A stretch of DNA of 39,556 bases from Gemmatimonadota bacterium. Lineage in GTDB: Bacteria; Gemmatimonadota; Gemmatimonadetes; Gemmatimonadales; GWC2-71-9. The notes under the pieces are model-generated. The model made no database searches. It was not told the origin of the DNA and worked only from the letters and a program-made list of their open reading frames with translations. Each line of letters starts with the position of its first letter. The first letter of the stretch is position 1. This document shows, piece by piece, positions 27,534 to 35,676 of the stretch. The position numbers were made by a program, and so were the translations under genes. The DNA is taken from the NCBI GenBank assembly GCA_036679645.1, contig JAZDCY010000057.1, positions 1 through 39,556 of the forward strand. Direction: 5' to 3'.

Positions 27534-27827
27534 GTGGACAAGACCTTGCGAACCGAGCGATTGGAACTGGTTGACCGGCACGGTCGCCTTCGTGCAGCGC
27601 TTGCCTGTGAGAAAGATTCCGACGCTCCGTCCTTGAGATTGCTCGATGCCGACGGCCAAACGCGCGTGATCGTGGGGATCTCGTGGAACGAGATGCCGCA
27701 GGTCCAGCTTACCGCGCCGGACGGCACGGCCCGCGTTGCACTTGTAGTCCGGCCTGAGGGCATGGGGATGGTGGTTCTCATGGACGAACAGCAGCGCTCG
27801 AAGACGATGACGCCAACCGACGCATAA
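27534..27827 (+). CDS. Hypothetical protein with repeated L.D..G..R..L beta-hairpin motif
   Basis: AAGGGGG RBS before GTG 27534. Internal repeats LVDRHGRLRAAL, LLDADGQTRVIV and LTAPDGTARVAL. Confidence 0.6.
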   Translation: MDKTLRTERLELVDRHGRLRAALACEKDSDAPSLRLLDADGQTRVIVGISWNEMPQVQLTAPDGTARVALVVRPEGMGMVVLMDEQQRSKTMTPTDA

Positions 27828-28089
27828 GAGCCCCGATCTGTGCCCGCATTCCAAGATCCTTCGGCCAGGGTATCCCGCGGGAATACGGCCATGGGTTAGT
27901 GCTTGCGCATGTCTGGTGGCTCGGAGTAATGGCATGACGTACAGTCAACGCACTCCTGCCGCATGTCGGCGTTCGCTCCCATGAAATCCCGGTTATGACA
28001 GGCTTCACAGACTCCATATGAAACAGGACCAAAGGTGAACTTCCTTTCGCACCACTCAGCGTTGGTACAGCCGCTCCTGCTGTGACAGT

Positions 28090-28206
28090 TCCTGCAGAGA
28101 GGGCTTCGTCCACGGACTCGGGTGTCAACAGTTCATCGAAGCCTATCTGCGTGAGCTCGTCTCGCATCGGTTGAACCATGGCTGGGTCGTATCGAGAATC
28201 TCTCAT
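28090..28206 (-). pseudogene. 5' fragment of BrxA/BrxB (YphP/YqiW) bacilliredoxin-family gene
   Basis: ATG overlaps the MarR stop (ATGA). MRDSRYDPAMVQPMRDELTQIGFDELLTPESVDEAL matches the family N-terminus, but similarity ends before the NSVCGCAA active site. Confidence 0.7.
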
Positions 28207-28805
28207 ACTTGACATCTGAAGGCGCGCTTCATGGCCGATTCCTTGCCCGGCTGAAAGTTGATACAGATCTGCGCTAGCTCGGTCTCTTCGAGCAGTTCGC
28301 CGAAATAGCCGCATTCAAGACGGGGCTCTCCGTCCCGCAAGCAGGATTCTGCTTCCAGGTGCGCGCAGGATGTACAGACGCCAAACGGCCGTCTGCGGCG
28401 TCCTTGCACCAGGTGACCAAGTAGTCGCTCGAGGCCGGTGGCTAACCGGGTGCGGGCGCCCGCGGGCAACGCACTCGCGGCGCGCACGAGAGCCTCACAG
28501 GGGTCGCGCGCGAGAACGGCCCTCGCGTTGTCGGTTATCTCCAGGCTGGAGCTGCGTCCGTCGTGCCGCGAGCGGGTTCGGCTGAGGTAGCCCCGGGCGA
28601 CCAGGCCCTTGACCGTCTGCGATGCCGTGCCCCGGGTTGTGGCATGGAACTCCGCGAACGCCGACACCGTGCGCGAGAACCGGTTGGCCCGCGACAGGTA
28701 TCGCAGCGCACTCCACTGGGCGGGCGTGAGCCCGTCCGCGTAGCCAATGCCATGGGCGATTCGCCCGAGCTGAGCTACCAACTCAGCGACGTCCCGTGCG
28801 CTCAC
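28203..28805 (-). CDS. MarR-family regulator with C-terminal Cys cluster
   Basis: GLTPAQWSALRYL...TRGTASQTVKGLVARGYLSR...DGRSSSLEIT. C-terminal CTSCAHL...C...ECGYF...ICINF. Confidence 0.9.
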   Translation of the reverse strand: MSARDVAELVAQLGRIAHGIGYADGLTPAQWSALRYLSRANRFSRTVSAFAEFHATTRGTASQTVKGLVARGYLSRTRSRHDGRSSSLEITDNARAVLARDPCEALVRAASALPAGARTRLATGLERLLGHLVQGRRRRPFGVCTSCAHLEAESCLRDGEPRLECGYFGELLEETELAQICINFQPGKESAMKRAFRCQV

Positions 28806-28829
28806 TTGGGTCCCTTGCTCATGCGAAAA

Positions 28830-28882
28830 TAGTAGCGTTTCGAGACTAACTTGACAAGCACAATAGTTTCGTTACGCTACTA
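28830..28882. promoter_or_regulatory. Two 19-bp operators TAGT-NN-CG-NNN-CG-NN-ACTA overlapping a sigma-70-type promoter
   Basis: TAGTAGCGTTTCGAGACTA (28830-28848) and TAGTTTCGTTACGCTACTA (28864-28882). TTGACA lies at 28851-28856, with TACGCT 16 bp downstream on the + strand. Confidence 0.7.
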
Positions 28883-29124
28883 TATTGTTGGTGAGTTGGC
28901 AACGATAAGGCAGGAACATGGGGGTTTTCCTGCGCTCTGTCTACGGAGGAACAGAGCCACTTGCCGTACGACGAGCATCAATCCACGTGCCGCCCGGTTG
29001 AAGTTGCCCGATGGACGATTCGCTGGGCGAAACGTGCCAACCCATCCCGTCGTTGTCGGTCGAAGGTTAGGAGATCCAAGTTGACGTACCTCAGAGAACC
29101 GTTACCCGCAGCTACTGAGAAACC

Positions 29125-29397
29125 ATGACGTACATCATTGCCGAGTCGTGTATCAACGTTCTCGATCGAGGCTGCGTCGATGTGTGCCCGGTCGACTGCA
29201 TCTACGAAGGGCCGGACCAGCTCTACATTCACCCCGACGAGTGCATTGACTGCGGGGCGTGCGAGCCGGAGTGCCCTGTGACCGCGATCTTCCCGGAAGA
29301 GGATGTGCCGGAAAAGTGGGCCAGTTACATCAAGAAGAACTATGCCTATTTCGAAACGGGTGAAGTCCGAGACGTCGCGAAGGGACGACTCGGCTAA
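29125..29397 (+). CDS. fdxA: 7Fe-type ([3Fe-4S]+[4Fe-4S]) ferredoxin
   Basis: [19 protein letters not shown] and [18 protein letters not shown] motifs. Confidence 0.92.
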   Translation: MTYIIAESCINVLDRGCVDVCPVDCIYEGPDQLYIHPDECIDCGACEPECPVTAIFPEEDVPEKWASYIKKNYAYFETGEVRDVAKGRLG

Positions 29398-29432
29398 GCA
29401 CCGCAGGCGCGCAAGCCTGAGGCTCCGCTCGG

Positions 29433-30458
29433 CTAGTGGGTAGCCAAGACCGGCTCCCCAACCTGAATCAGCCCAACCGCGCCCTTCTCGGCGTCGGCAA
29501 AGGCGTGGGTCACGAACGGGTAGAGTCCGACGCCGCTGGCACCTTGCTCGAACACCGTCTCGAATACCGCGCCACCGCCCGCCGGGATCGTGTACGTCTG
29601 CACGCTCTCCAGGACGTTGTCGGGATTGCCGTCCGGGTAGACCCGATCGAAGATGGCACCCACGACGTGGAAATCGCTGTGGAACGATGGGCCCGCAGCC
29701 ACAACGAACAGCCGAACGCGGTCGCCAAGGTCGACGCGTAGCGGGTTGCTCTTGTACTGGAAGGCGCGACCGTTGAAGACAACGTACGTCGCGTCCTTGG
29801 CCCGCGCGGCAGCGAAATTCGGCTGGGTTCCCGCCCCGTCAGTGGCCTGCGTGTAGAACTCGCTCTGGATCAGGACGAACTCCTTGTCGGCCTCGGTGCC
29901 CCACCCTTCACGGGGATCCACTATGATCGCCAGATACATCCCCTGCATGATGTGCATGGTGACCGGGGGCGTACCGCAGTGGACGAGGTAGACGCCGGGA
30001 TCCCTGGCCGTAAACTCGAATTGAAGCTCTTCACCCGGGTTGATGGAACGGTATGCTTCGTTCCACGGAATCCGAGCGGAGTGGAAGTCGATCGAGTGAG
30101 GCATCGGCGACTCGTTCGCGAGTTGGATGCGCACCAAGTCACCCTCGCGCACGCGAATTACTGGACCCGGCACCGTACCGCCGAACGTCCATCCGGTGTA
30201 CGTCACACCGTCCGAGATCTCGATCGTCTCGTGGGTGATCGGGATACGAAACTCCTTGATCGGTGCGGTTGAGGCCGGTTGCACCTGCGCAACGAATGCG
30301 GGGTTCGTCGGCGTCTTGACCGAGCCGAAATCCGTAAACTCGACGTTGCGCATACCGGAAGCTTCCGCGGGCAAACAACCGGCTGCGCCGGTTGCCAGAA
30401 CGGCCACCGACGCCAGGAGTCCAAGTTTCGCTGCTGTATATGACATGAATCTCTCCAT
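29433..30458 (-). CDS. nirK: Copper-containing nitrite reductase-like two-domain cupredoxin, probable lipoprotein
   Basis: PHSIDFH (T1 His, catalytic Asp, T2 His), HCGTPPVTMHIMQGM (T2 His, T1 Cys/His/Met), FHVVGAIFD, YPFVTH. Signal peptide with AAGC. Confidence 0.8.
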   Translation of the reverse strand: MERFMSYTAAKLGLLASVAVLATGAAGCLPAEASGMRNVEFTDFGSVKTPTNPAFVAQVQPASTAPIKEFRIPITHETIEISDGVTYTGWTFGGTVPGPVIRVREGDLVRIQLANESPMPHSIDFHSARIPWNEAYRSINPGEELQFEFTARDPGVYLVHCGTPPVTMHIMQGMYLAIIVDPREGWGTEADKEFVLIQSEFYTQATDGAGTQPNFAAARAKDATYVVFNGRAFQYKSNPLRVDLGDRVRLFVVAAGPSFHSDFHVVGAIFDRVYPDGNPDNVLESVQTYTIPAGGGAVFETVFEQGASGVGLYPFVTHAFADAEKGAVGLIQVGEPVLATH

Positions 30459-30774
30459 AATTCTGTTGGAGCGGACCGACCCAGATCGCCAGGGCGAGCC
30501 GACGGTCGACGCGCGTATTGCCTACTAATACTCTCGGGATTATGCGAGGTGTGCGCCCAAACCTTCGTGAGGCGACCGTGAAGGACCGCTCATCCTCCCT
30601 CACCATGACTCTTGGGGTCAGCGAAAGAGACGACGGCGCTCGTTCATGCCCGCGTCGACGTTCGGTCCTGCAAGTCGGAACACGGTGGAGTCGCGTTTTG
30701 GCAGCAGGCCAGGTTCAGAAAGCGACATCTGGCGCCGATATTTGCAATGACTAGATAGGGAGGAAGAACCACGG

Positions 30775-31821
30775 ATGGCCACGACCCTGCTCAGACACGC
30801 CCTCGAGGCACGCCCGACAAAGGGAGAGGTCGCGCGCGTCAAGCGTAAGCGCATGAAGGAGTTTGCCCCGCAGGCGATCCTCGGTAAGCACCCCAAGATC
30901 GAGGAGGTACGGCACTTCGTCAGCCGGATCGCCGACATCCCCCGCCCGACGGTCCTGCTCCTCGGCGAAAGCGGGACTGGCAAGAATCTGGTCGCCCGCG
31001 CAATTCATTACTCGAGTCCACATTCCACCGGACGATTCGTCGAAGTCAACTGCTCGGCGCTCCCGTCGCAGCTCCTGGAATCAGAGCTGTTCGGCTACCA
31101 GAAGGGAGCGTTTACCGGCGCCCGCGAGTCGAAGCGCGGGTTGATCGAGGTGGCCGATGCCGGGACCCTCTTCCTCGACGAGATCGCCGATCTCTCCCCG
31201 GAGCTTCAGGCCAAACTGCTCAACTTTCTGGAGTCCCGACGATTCCGACGGGTGGGCGCTACCGAGGAAATCGAGGTCAACCTGCGGCTCATAACGGCCA
31301 CGAACCGCGACCTGGAGGAGGCGGTGCGTAACGGACTGTTCCGCAACGATCTGTACTACCGGGTCAGTGTGGCGACTCATACCCTCCCGCCGCTCCGGGA
31401 GGTCAAGGAGGATATCCCCCTTCTGGCTCATCACTTCCGAGAGGTTTTCAGGCGGGAGTTCCGCAAGGAGGTCAGCTCCATCAGCCCGGAGGCTCTCGAA
31501 GTCTTTCAGCAGCGGGACTGGCCGGGCAACGTGAGGGAGCTGCGGAATGTCATCGAGCGGGCGATGGTTTTCACCGACCGGGCCGTGCTCGACGCCGCCG
31601 ACCTTCCCAAGATGGGCACGCTCGATGTTACCGCCGCGCCGGCTGATAGCAGGGACGCGTTCCAGATCCCGAAAGATCTGACGCTGGCCCACGTGGAGAA
31701 GGAATACATCCGCCGGACCATGGATGACGGTGAGCCATCGGTGGAGCAGGCCGCCGAGATCCTCGGCATCTCTCGGAAGAGCCTGTGGGCGAAGCGAAAG
31801 AGGTATGGACTGCTCGAATAG
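30775..31821 (+). CDS. Sigma-54 enhancer-binding protein (AAA+ plus Fis HTH) lacking an N-terminal sensory domain
   Basis: GESGTGKN, ESELFG..KGAFTGA, LFLDEI, FRNDLYYR, WPGNVRELRN and a C-terminal HTH. GGGAGGA RBS precedes the ATG; only ~33 aa come before the AAA+ domain. Confidence 0.93.
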   Translation: MATTLLRHALEARPTKGEVARVKRKRMKEFAPQAILGKHPKIEEVRHFVSRIADIPRPTVLLLGESGTGKNLVARAIHYSSPHSTGRFVEVNCSALPSQLLESELFGYQKGAFTGARESKRGLIEVADAGTLFLDEIADLSPELQAKLLNFLESRRFRRVGATEEIEVNLRLITATNRDLEEAVRNGLFRNDLYYRVSVATHTLPPLREVKEDIPLLAHHFREVFRREFRKEVSSISPEALEVFQQRDWPGNVRELRNVIERAMVFTDRAVLDAADLPKMGTLDVTAAPADSRDAFQIPKDLTLAHVEKEYIRRTMDDGEPSVEQAAEILGISRKSLWAKRKRYGLLE

Positions 31822-31832
31822 TCCCACCCTGT

Positions 31833-31965
31833 GCGGAGGCGGTGGAGCGGCGCTACATCGAGCGCACCCTGGACCAGCACTCCGAGCTTCAGCGCGCCGC
31901 GGAGTGCCGGGGGATCTCTCCCAAGCAACTCTGGCGGCAGCTCAAGAATCTCGGAATCCCGGTCA
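31833..31965 (+). pseudogene. Relic second Fis-type HTH segment
   Basis: In the frame of ORF 31785, AEAVERRYIERTLDQHSELQRAAECRGISPKQLWRQLKNLGI aligns with the activator tail AHVEKEYIRRTMDDGEPSVEQAAEILGISRKSLWAKRKRYGL. Confidence 0.55.
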
Positions 31966-31971
31966 GATCCC

Positions 31972-34656
31972 ATGAGCCCTGTGCCGCGCGTCTCGATCCG
32001 CTACCGCCCTCGTACTTTCGTTTCGTCGCTCGGGCTGGCGGCGCTCGGGCTGGTCCTCCTGAGCACACAAGCGTCCGCCCAGGGGTGGTACAGCCCCAAC
32101 TGGCAGTACCGGAGGTCCATCACGGTGGATCGCACCAACGTGAGCGGCACTGTGACGAACTTCCCTATGCTGGTCTTCCTGGGCTCGGACGGCGATCTGG
32201 CCGCCGACGCACGGGACGACGGCTTCGACATCCTCTTCACGTCGTCGGACGGCACCTCGAAGCTGTCCCACCAGATCGAGAAGTTCGACGGAGGCACGGG
32301 CGAGCTGGCGGCGTGGGTGAAGATGCCGGGTCTGTCGTCCGCGGCGGACAGCGTCATCTACATGTACTATGGTTACGCCTCCGCCCCGGACCAGCAGGAC
32401 GTCTCCAACGTGTGGGACGTCAACTATAAAGGAGTCTGGCACCTCCACGACGACTTCCTGGACGCCACGGGCAACGCCAACGGGACCAACCAGGGCTCTA
32501 CGGACACCACCGGGAAGATTGCGGACGGTCAGAGCTTCGACGGCGTCAACGATGACATCTCACTGGGAACCGGCTGCCTCGTGTTGTCGAGTTGGACGGT
32601 GGAGTTCTGGGTGAAGCCCAACTCTCCGGGCAACTATGAGCGGATCTTCATCCAGGGCGCCAGCGGGTGCGCCAGCCGGCAGATCATGCTCTACTGGCAC
32701 ACCGACCACATCGAGATCCGAACTAGCACTGGGAGCGCCGGCAATCCCCAGGCAGCGTCCCTGAGCATCACAAACGGGGTGTGGACCCACCTCACGTGGA
32801 CCTCTACCGCCACCACCGGAACCCTTTACCGGAACGGCCAGTCCGGCCTGGGAACGATCACGGGCGGCAACGTGGGGGTGGACGGGGCCAACTTCATCGG
32901 CGCCCGCAACGGCGGCAATTACTGGACCGGCGACCTGGACGAGGTGCGAGTGTCCAACCTCGTTCGCTCCGCCAATTGGGTCCAGACATCCTACAACAAC
33001 CAGAATTCTCCCGGCTCCTTCATCACGCTGGGTAGCGAGCAGGTGATCGACACGAGCACTCCGGCCGCCGTCACCGACCTGGCCACCGGCGTCGTGACCT
33101 CGTCATCGGTCGTCCTCAGCTGGACGGCCCCCGGCGATGACGGCAGCGCGGGCACCGCCAGCTCCTACGACGTCCGCTACTCCACGAGCACGATCACCGA
33201 GGCCAATTGGGCGTCAGCCACGCAGGCAAGCGGAGAGCCTTCCCCGCAGGTCGCGGGCAGTGCCGAGTCGTTCACGGTCACGGGGCTCAGCTCGGGCACC
33301 ACGTATTACTTCGCGATCAAGACCTCGGACGAAATCCCGAACGAGAGCGCGCTCTCCAACGTGCCGAGCGCAGCCACGATCGGCGACATCGTCACGCAGA
33401 CCGGGTACGCCTGGTCGGAGGACGTAACGAGCTTCACGTCGAAAGGCGACGACGTGCCGCTGGATATGCTGATCGGGACGACCTACGTCCTGGGTATCCA
33501 GGTCTCCATGACCTTGGGAGCCGCCAGCGGCGATTGGGTGCTGCAGGTGCGCGAGGACGGAGCCGGCTCGTGGCTCAACGTGTTTGCTTTGGGCGCCGGC
33601 GACAGCCCTGTGTGGGAGACGGATGCGACGCACACGTTCAGCAAGTCCAACGGTGTGGTGGTCACGACCGCGGAGTTCGGCAACGGCACGGCGCCCGCGG
33701 GCTTCACTGCCGTCGACGGCGAGTTCTCGGACGATAACAACGGCCTGACCGACGGATACGCGGGCACCGACATCTACACGGAGCTGCAGTACACAGTGAG
33801 GGCCCAGGCGGCCGCCGCGGGCCACTGGTATGAGTTCCGCGTCCTGTATAACGGGACGGTGCTGAACGCGTACGACGTGTACGCTCTGACCGAGACCTAT
33901 GCGGTCAGCGTGACCCCCGACGGGAGCGACACCCTCTCTGTGCTGCCGTCCAACGGCACTCCGTCCTCATACGCCTTCAGCGTCACCAACAACTCCAACG
34001 CCACCGAAGAATTCGACCTCCTAGGCTTTCCCGGTGACACCCTCGCCACCTTCCTGACCGTCGACTCGATCACCGGGCCCAACGTAACCGGGGCGCCAGC
34101 CGTGCCCGACAGCGCCCGCATGGCCAGCGTCGCGGTCAGCGGCAGCGACAACGCCTTCGTGTGGTACAGCGTGGCCAACGTTGCTGCCGGCACGCTCGAT
34201 TCCCTGTATCTCGAGGGACGTTCCGTAACCGACAACTCCGTCAGCGACTCCGGCTGGGTGTTCGTCCAAGTCATCAAGCCCAACGTGGCCACTGCCAAGG
34301 CGGTGAACCCTAGTGGAACCCAGCTACCAGGCACCAATCTCACCTACACCGTCACCATCACCAACGATGGGAGCGATGACGCTGTCAACTTGGTGATCAT
34401 CGACTCGCTGGCCGTCGAGGTCCAGTTTCAGGTTAGCAGCATCGTGAACAACTTGCCGTCCGGAATCACGGTCACCGTGGAGTACTCCAACGACGGCGGA
34501 AGCACCTGGACCTACACCCCCGTCAGCACCGGCTGCGCCGCACCCGCGGGCTACGACGCGTGCGTCACCCACATCCGCTGGTCCCTCCAGAACGACTTGA
34601 GCCATGTCGCTCCGGACAACACCGGCAACGTGGAGTTCGGCGCCCGAATCAAGTAG
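31972..34656 (+). CDS. Secreted DUF2341 + LamG/ConA-like + FN3 + C-terminal DUF11 protein (putative tip adhesin)
   Basis: Signal peptide ending ASA-Q. W...WQYRRSITVD, DILFTSSDG..KLSHQIE and IYMYYG (DUF2341). WTVEFWVKP..GDLDEVRVSN (LamG). LSWTAPGDDG..YDVRYS (FN3). AKAVNP..PGTNLTYTVTITNDG..IIDSL (DUF11). Confidence 0.85.
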   Translation: MSPVPRVSIRYRPRTFVSSLGLAALGLVLLSTQASAQGWYSPNWQYRRSITVDRTNVSGTVTNFPMLVFLGSDGDLAADARDDGFDILFTSSDGTSKLSHQIEKFDGGTGELAAWVKMPGLSSAADSVIYMYYGYASAPDQQDVSNVWDVNYKGVWHLHDDFLDATGNANGTNQGSTDTTGKIADGQSFDGVNDDISLGTGCLVLSSWTVEFWVKPNSPGNYERIFIQGASGCASRQIMLYWHTDHIEIRTSTGSAGNPQAASLSITNGVWTHLTWTSTATTGTLYRNGQSGLGTITGGNVGVDGANFIGARNGGNYWTGDLDEVRVSNLVRSANWVQTSYNNQNSPGSFITLGSEQVIDTSTPAAVTDLATGVVTSSSVVLSWTAPGDDGSAGTASSYDVRYSTSTITEANWASATQASGEPSPQVAGSAESFTVTGLSSGTTYYFAIKTSDEIPNESALSNVPSAATIGDIVTQTGYAWSEDVTSFTSKGDDVPLDMLIGTTYVLGIQVSMTLGAASGDWVLQVREDGAGSWLNVFALGAGDSPVWETDATHTFSKSNGVVVTTAEFGNGTAPAGFTAVDGEFSDDNNGLTDGYAGTDIYTELQYTVRAQAAAAGHWYEFRVLYNGTVLNAYDVYALTETYAVSVTPDGSDTLSVLPSNGTPSSYAFSVTNNSNATEEFDLLGFPGDTLATFLTVDSITGPNVTGAPAVPDSARMASVAVSGSDNAFVWYSVANVAAGTLDSLYLEGRSVTDNSVSDSGWVFVQVIKPNVATAKAVNPSGTQLPGTNLTYTVTITNDGSDDAVNLVIIDSLAVEVQFQVSSIVNNLPSGITVTVEYSNDGGSTWTYTPVSTGCAAPAGYDACVTHIRWSLQNDLSHVAPDNTGNVEFGARIK

Positions 34657-34707
34657 CTACGCGTACCGCCCCGATCCACTCCAGCGACCCAGTCGCCACA
34701 CCGTACT

Positions 34708-34739
34708 GCGTTACCAGAAGCGTTACCGTCGGGTAACGC
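34708..34739. promoter_or_regulatory. Candidate upstream activator sequence GCGTTACC-N4-GGTAACGC plus extra half-site
   Basis: Perfect 8-bp inverted repeat at 34720-34739, with a direct copy of GCGTTACC at 34708-34715. It lies ~110 bp upstream of the -24 element. Confidence 0.6.
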
Positions 34740-34836
34740 GATCACAAAACTGAGCCATCGCGAGCCACTCCCTCCAAGCACCATAAGTAGCTGCAGTACT
34801 GCTACTTACGTGTCCATGTGGCACAGGCCTGGAGTG

Positions 34837-34852
34837 TGGCACAGCCCCTGCA
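34837..34852 (+). promoter_or_regulatory. Sigma-54 -24/-12 promoter
   Basis: TGGCAC-AGCCC-CTGCA with exact GG-N10-GC spacing, upstream of the DUF11 operon and 3 kb from a GAFTGA activator. Confidence 0.7.
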
Positions 34853-34880
34853 CTCAGGCAGGTTCGACGACAACAGCAAC

Positions 34881-35078
34881 GTGGAGATACTAGTGGTTCT
34901 GAGCTGCCCGAATTGCGACAGCAACGACCGGTACGCACCGGGTGACTTCTTAGGGAACTGGGTTGTCTGCCCCAGGTGCGAAACGCCCTTCGGATGGCAG
35001 CAGACGCGGACCGATCGATATGCCGACGGCGCGATGCGGATTGCGGCCGGATCCGAAACAAAGGAGATCGAGCAATGA
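34881..35078 (+). CDS. Small zinc-ribbon protein (two CxxC pairs)
   Basis: SCPNCDSNDRYAPGDFLGNWVVCPRCETPF. The stop overlaps the next start (ATGA). No clear RBS; start is uncertain. Confidence 0.5.
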   Translation: MEILVVLSCPNCDSNDRYAPGDFLGNWVVCPRCETPFGWQQTRTDRYADGAMRIAAGSETKEIEQ

Positions 35079-35653
35079 GGAGCTGGCGACAGGTGTGGGT
35101 TGTGGCAACGACCGCTGCCGCGCTGTGGGGCGCGCCCGCCGTTGCACAGAACGGGGAGGGTGCCGAAGCACTCGCGATTACGGCGGAAAACATCATGGCA
35201 GGCGACGCCCGCCACCAGGCGCTCGCGGAACGGGGAGGCGATCCGAACGCGCTCTTTCCCGGGGACATCGTGCACTACCGGCTGGTGTTCACGAACGTCA
35301 CCGGCGCACCCGTGCGCAGGGTTGAGTTCAGGGACCCGCTTCCGGGCGGGTTGCGGTACGTGGCCGGGTCCGCGGCCTCCGATCGGGACGACATCGTGAT
35401 CGAGTACTCGATCGACGGCGGAGCGTCGTTCTTGGTGCAGCCCATGATCGAGGAGATCATCGACGGCGAGCGGGTGCAGAAACCGGCGCCGCCGGAGCGA
35501 TACACGGACGTCCGTTGGCGCGTGACGGGCTGGGTGCAACCCGACGCGCACGTGCTCGCGGAATTCCGGGCGGAGCTGCCTCAGGCAGTCCCTGTACTAC
35601 AGACGTCTATCGAGGAGCCGGGCAACGGGCAGGCTTCCCTTCCGAGTCGATAA
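35075..35653 (+). CDS. Secreted single DUF11-like domain protein
   Basis: AAGGAG RBS and signal peptide ending AVA-Q. PGDIVHYRLVFTN...FRDPLPGGLRYVAGSA...EYSIDGG..YTDVRW. Confidence 0.85.
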   Translation: MRSWRQVWVVATTAAALWGAPAVAQNGEGAEALAITAENIMAGDARHQALAERGGDPNALFPGDIVHYRLVFTNVTGAPVRRVEFRDPLPGGLRYVAGSAASDRDDIVIEYSIDGGASFLVQPMIEEIIDGERVQKPAPPERYTDVRWRVTGWVQPDAHVLAEFRAELPQAVPVLQTSIEEPGNGQASLPSR

Positions 35654-35676
35654 CGCAGGCGTAGGGGGAGACAAGC

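Noticed and set aside
27778..28314. 178-aa ORF as a full gene
   Set aside because: Only 28206 to ~28090 resembles a known family. The upstream part overlaps marR and the downstream part looks non-coding.
29081..29094. TTGAC-GTAC-CTCAG as an FNR/CRP-type box before the ferredoxin
   Set aside because: Several mismatches to TTGAT-N4-ATCAA; not distinguishable from chance or a simple -35 element.
29404..29419. CAGGC/GCCTG hairpin between the convergent ferredoxin and nirK genes
   Set aside because: Short stem with no U-tract; too weak to call a terminator.
31831..31971. Extended N-terminus of the 941-aa ORF
   Set aside because: A signal peptide follows ATG 31972. The extension is low-complexity and overlaps the HTH relic.
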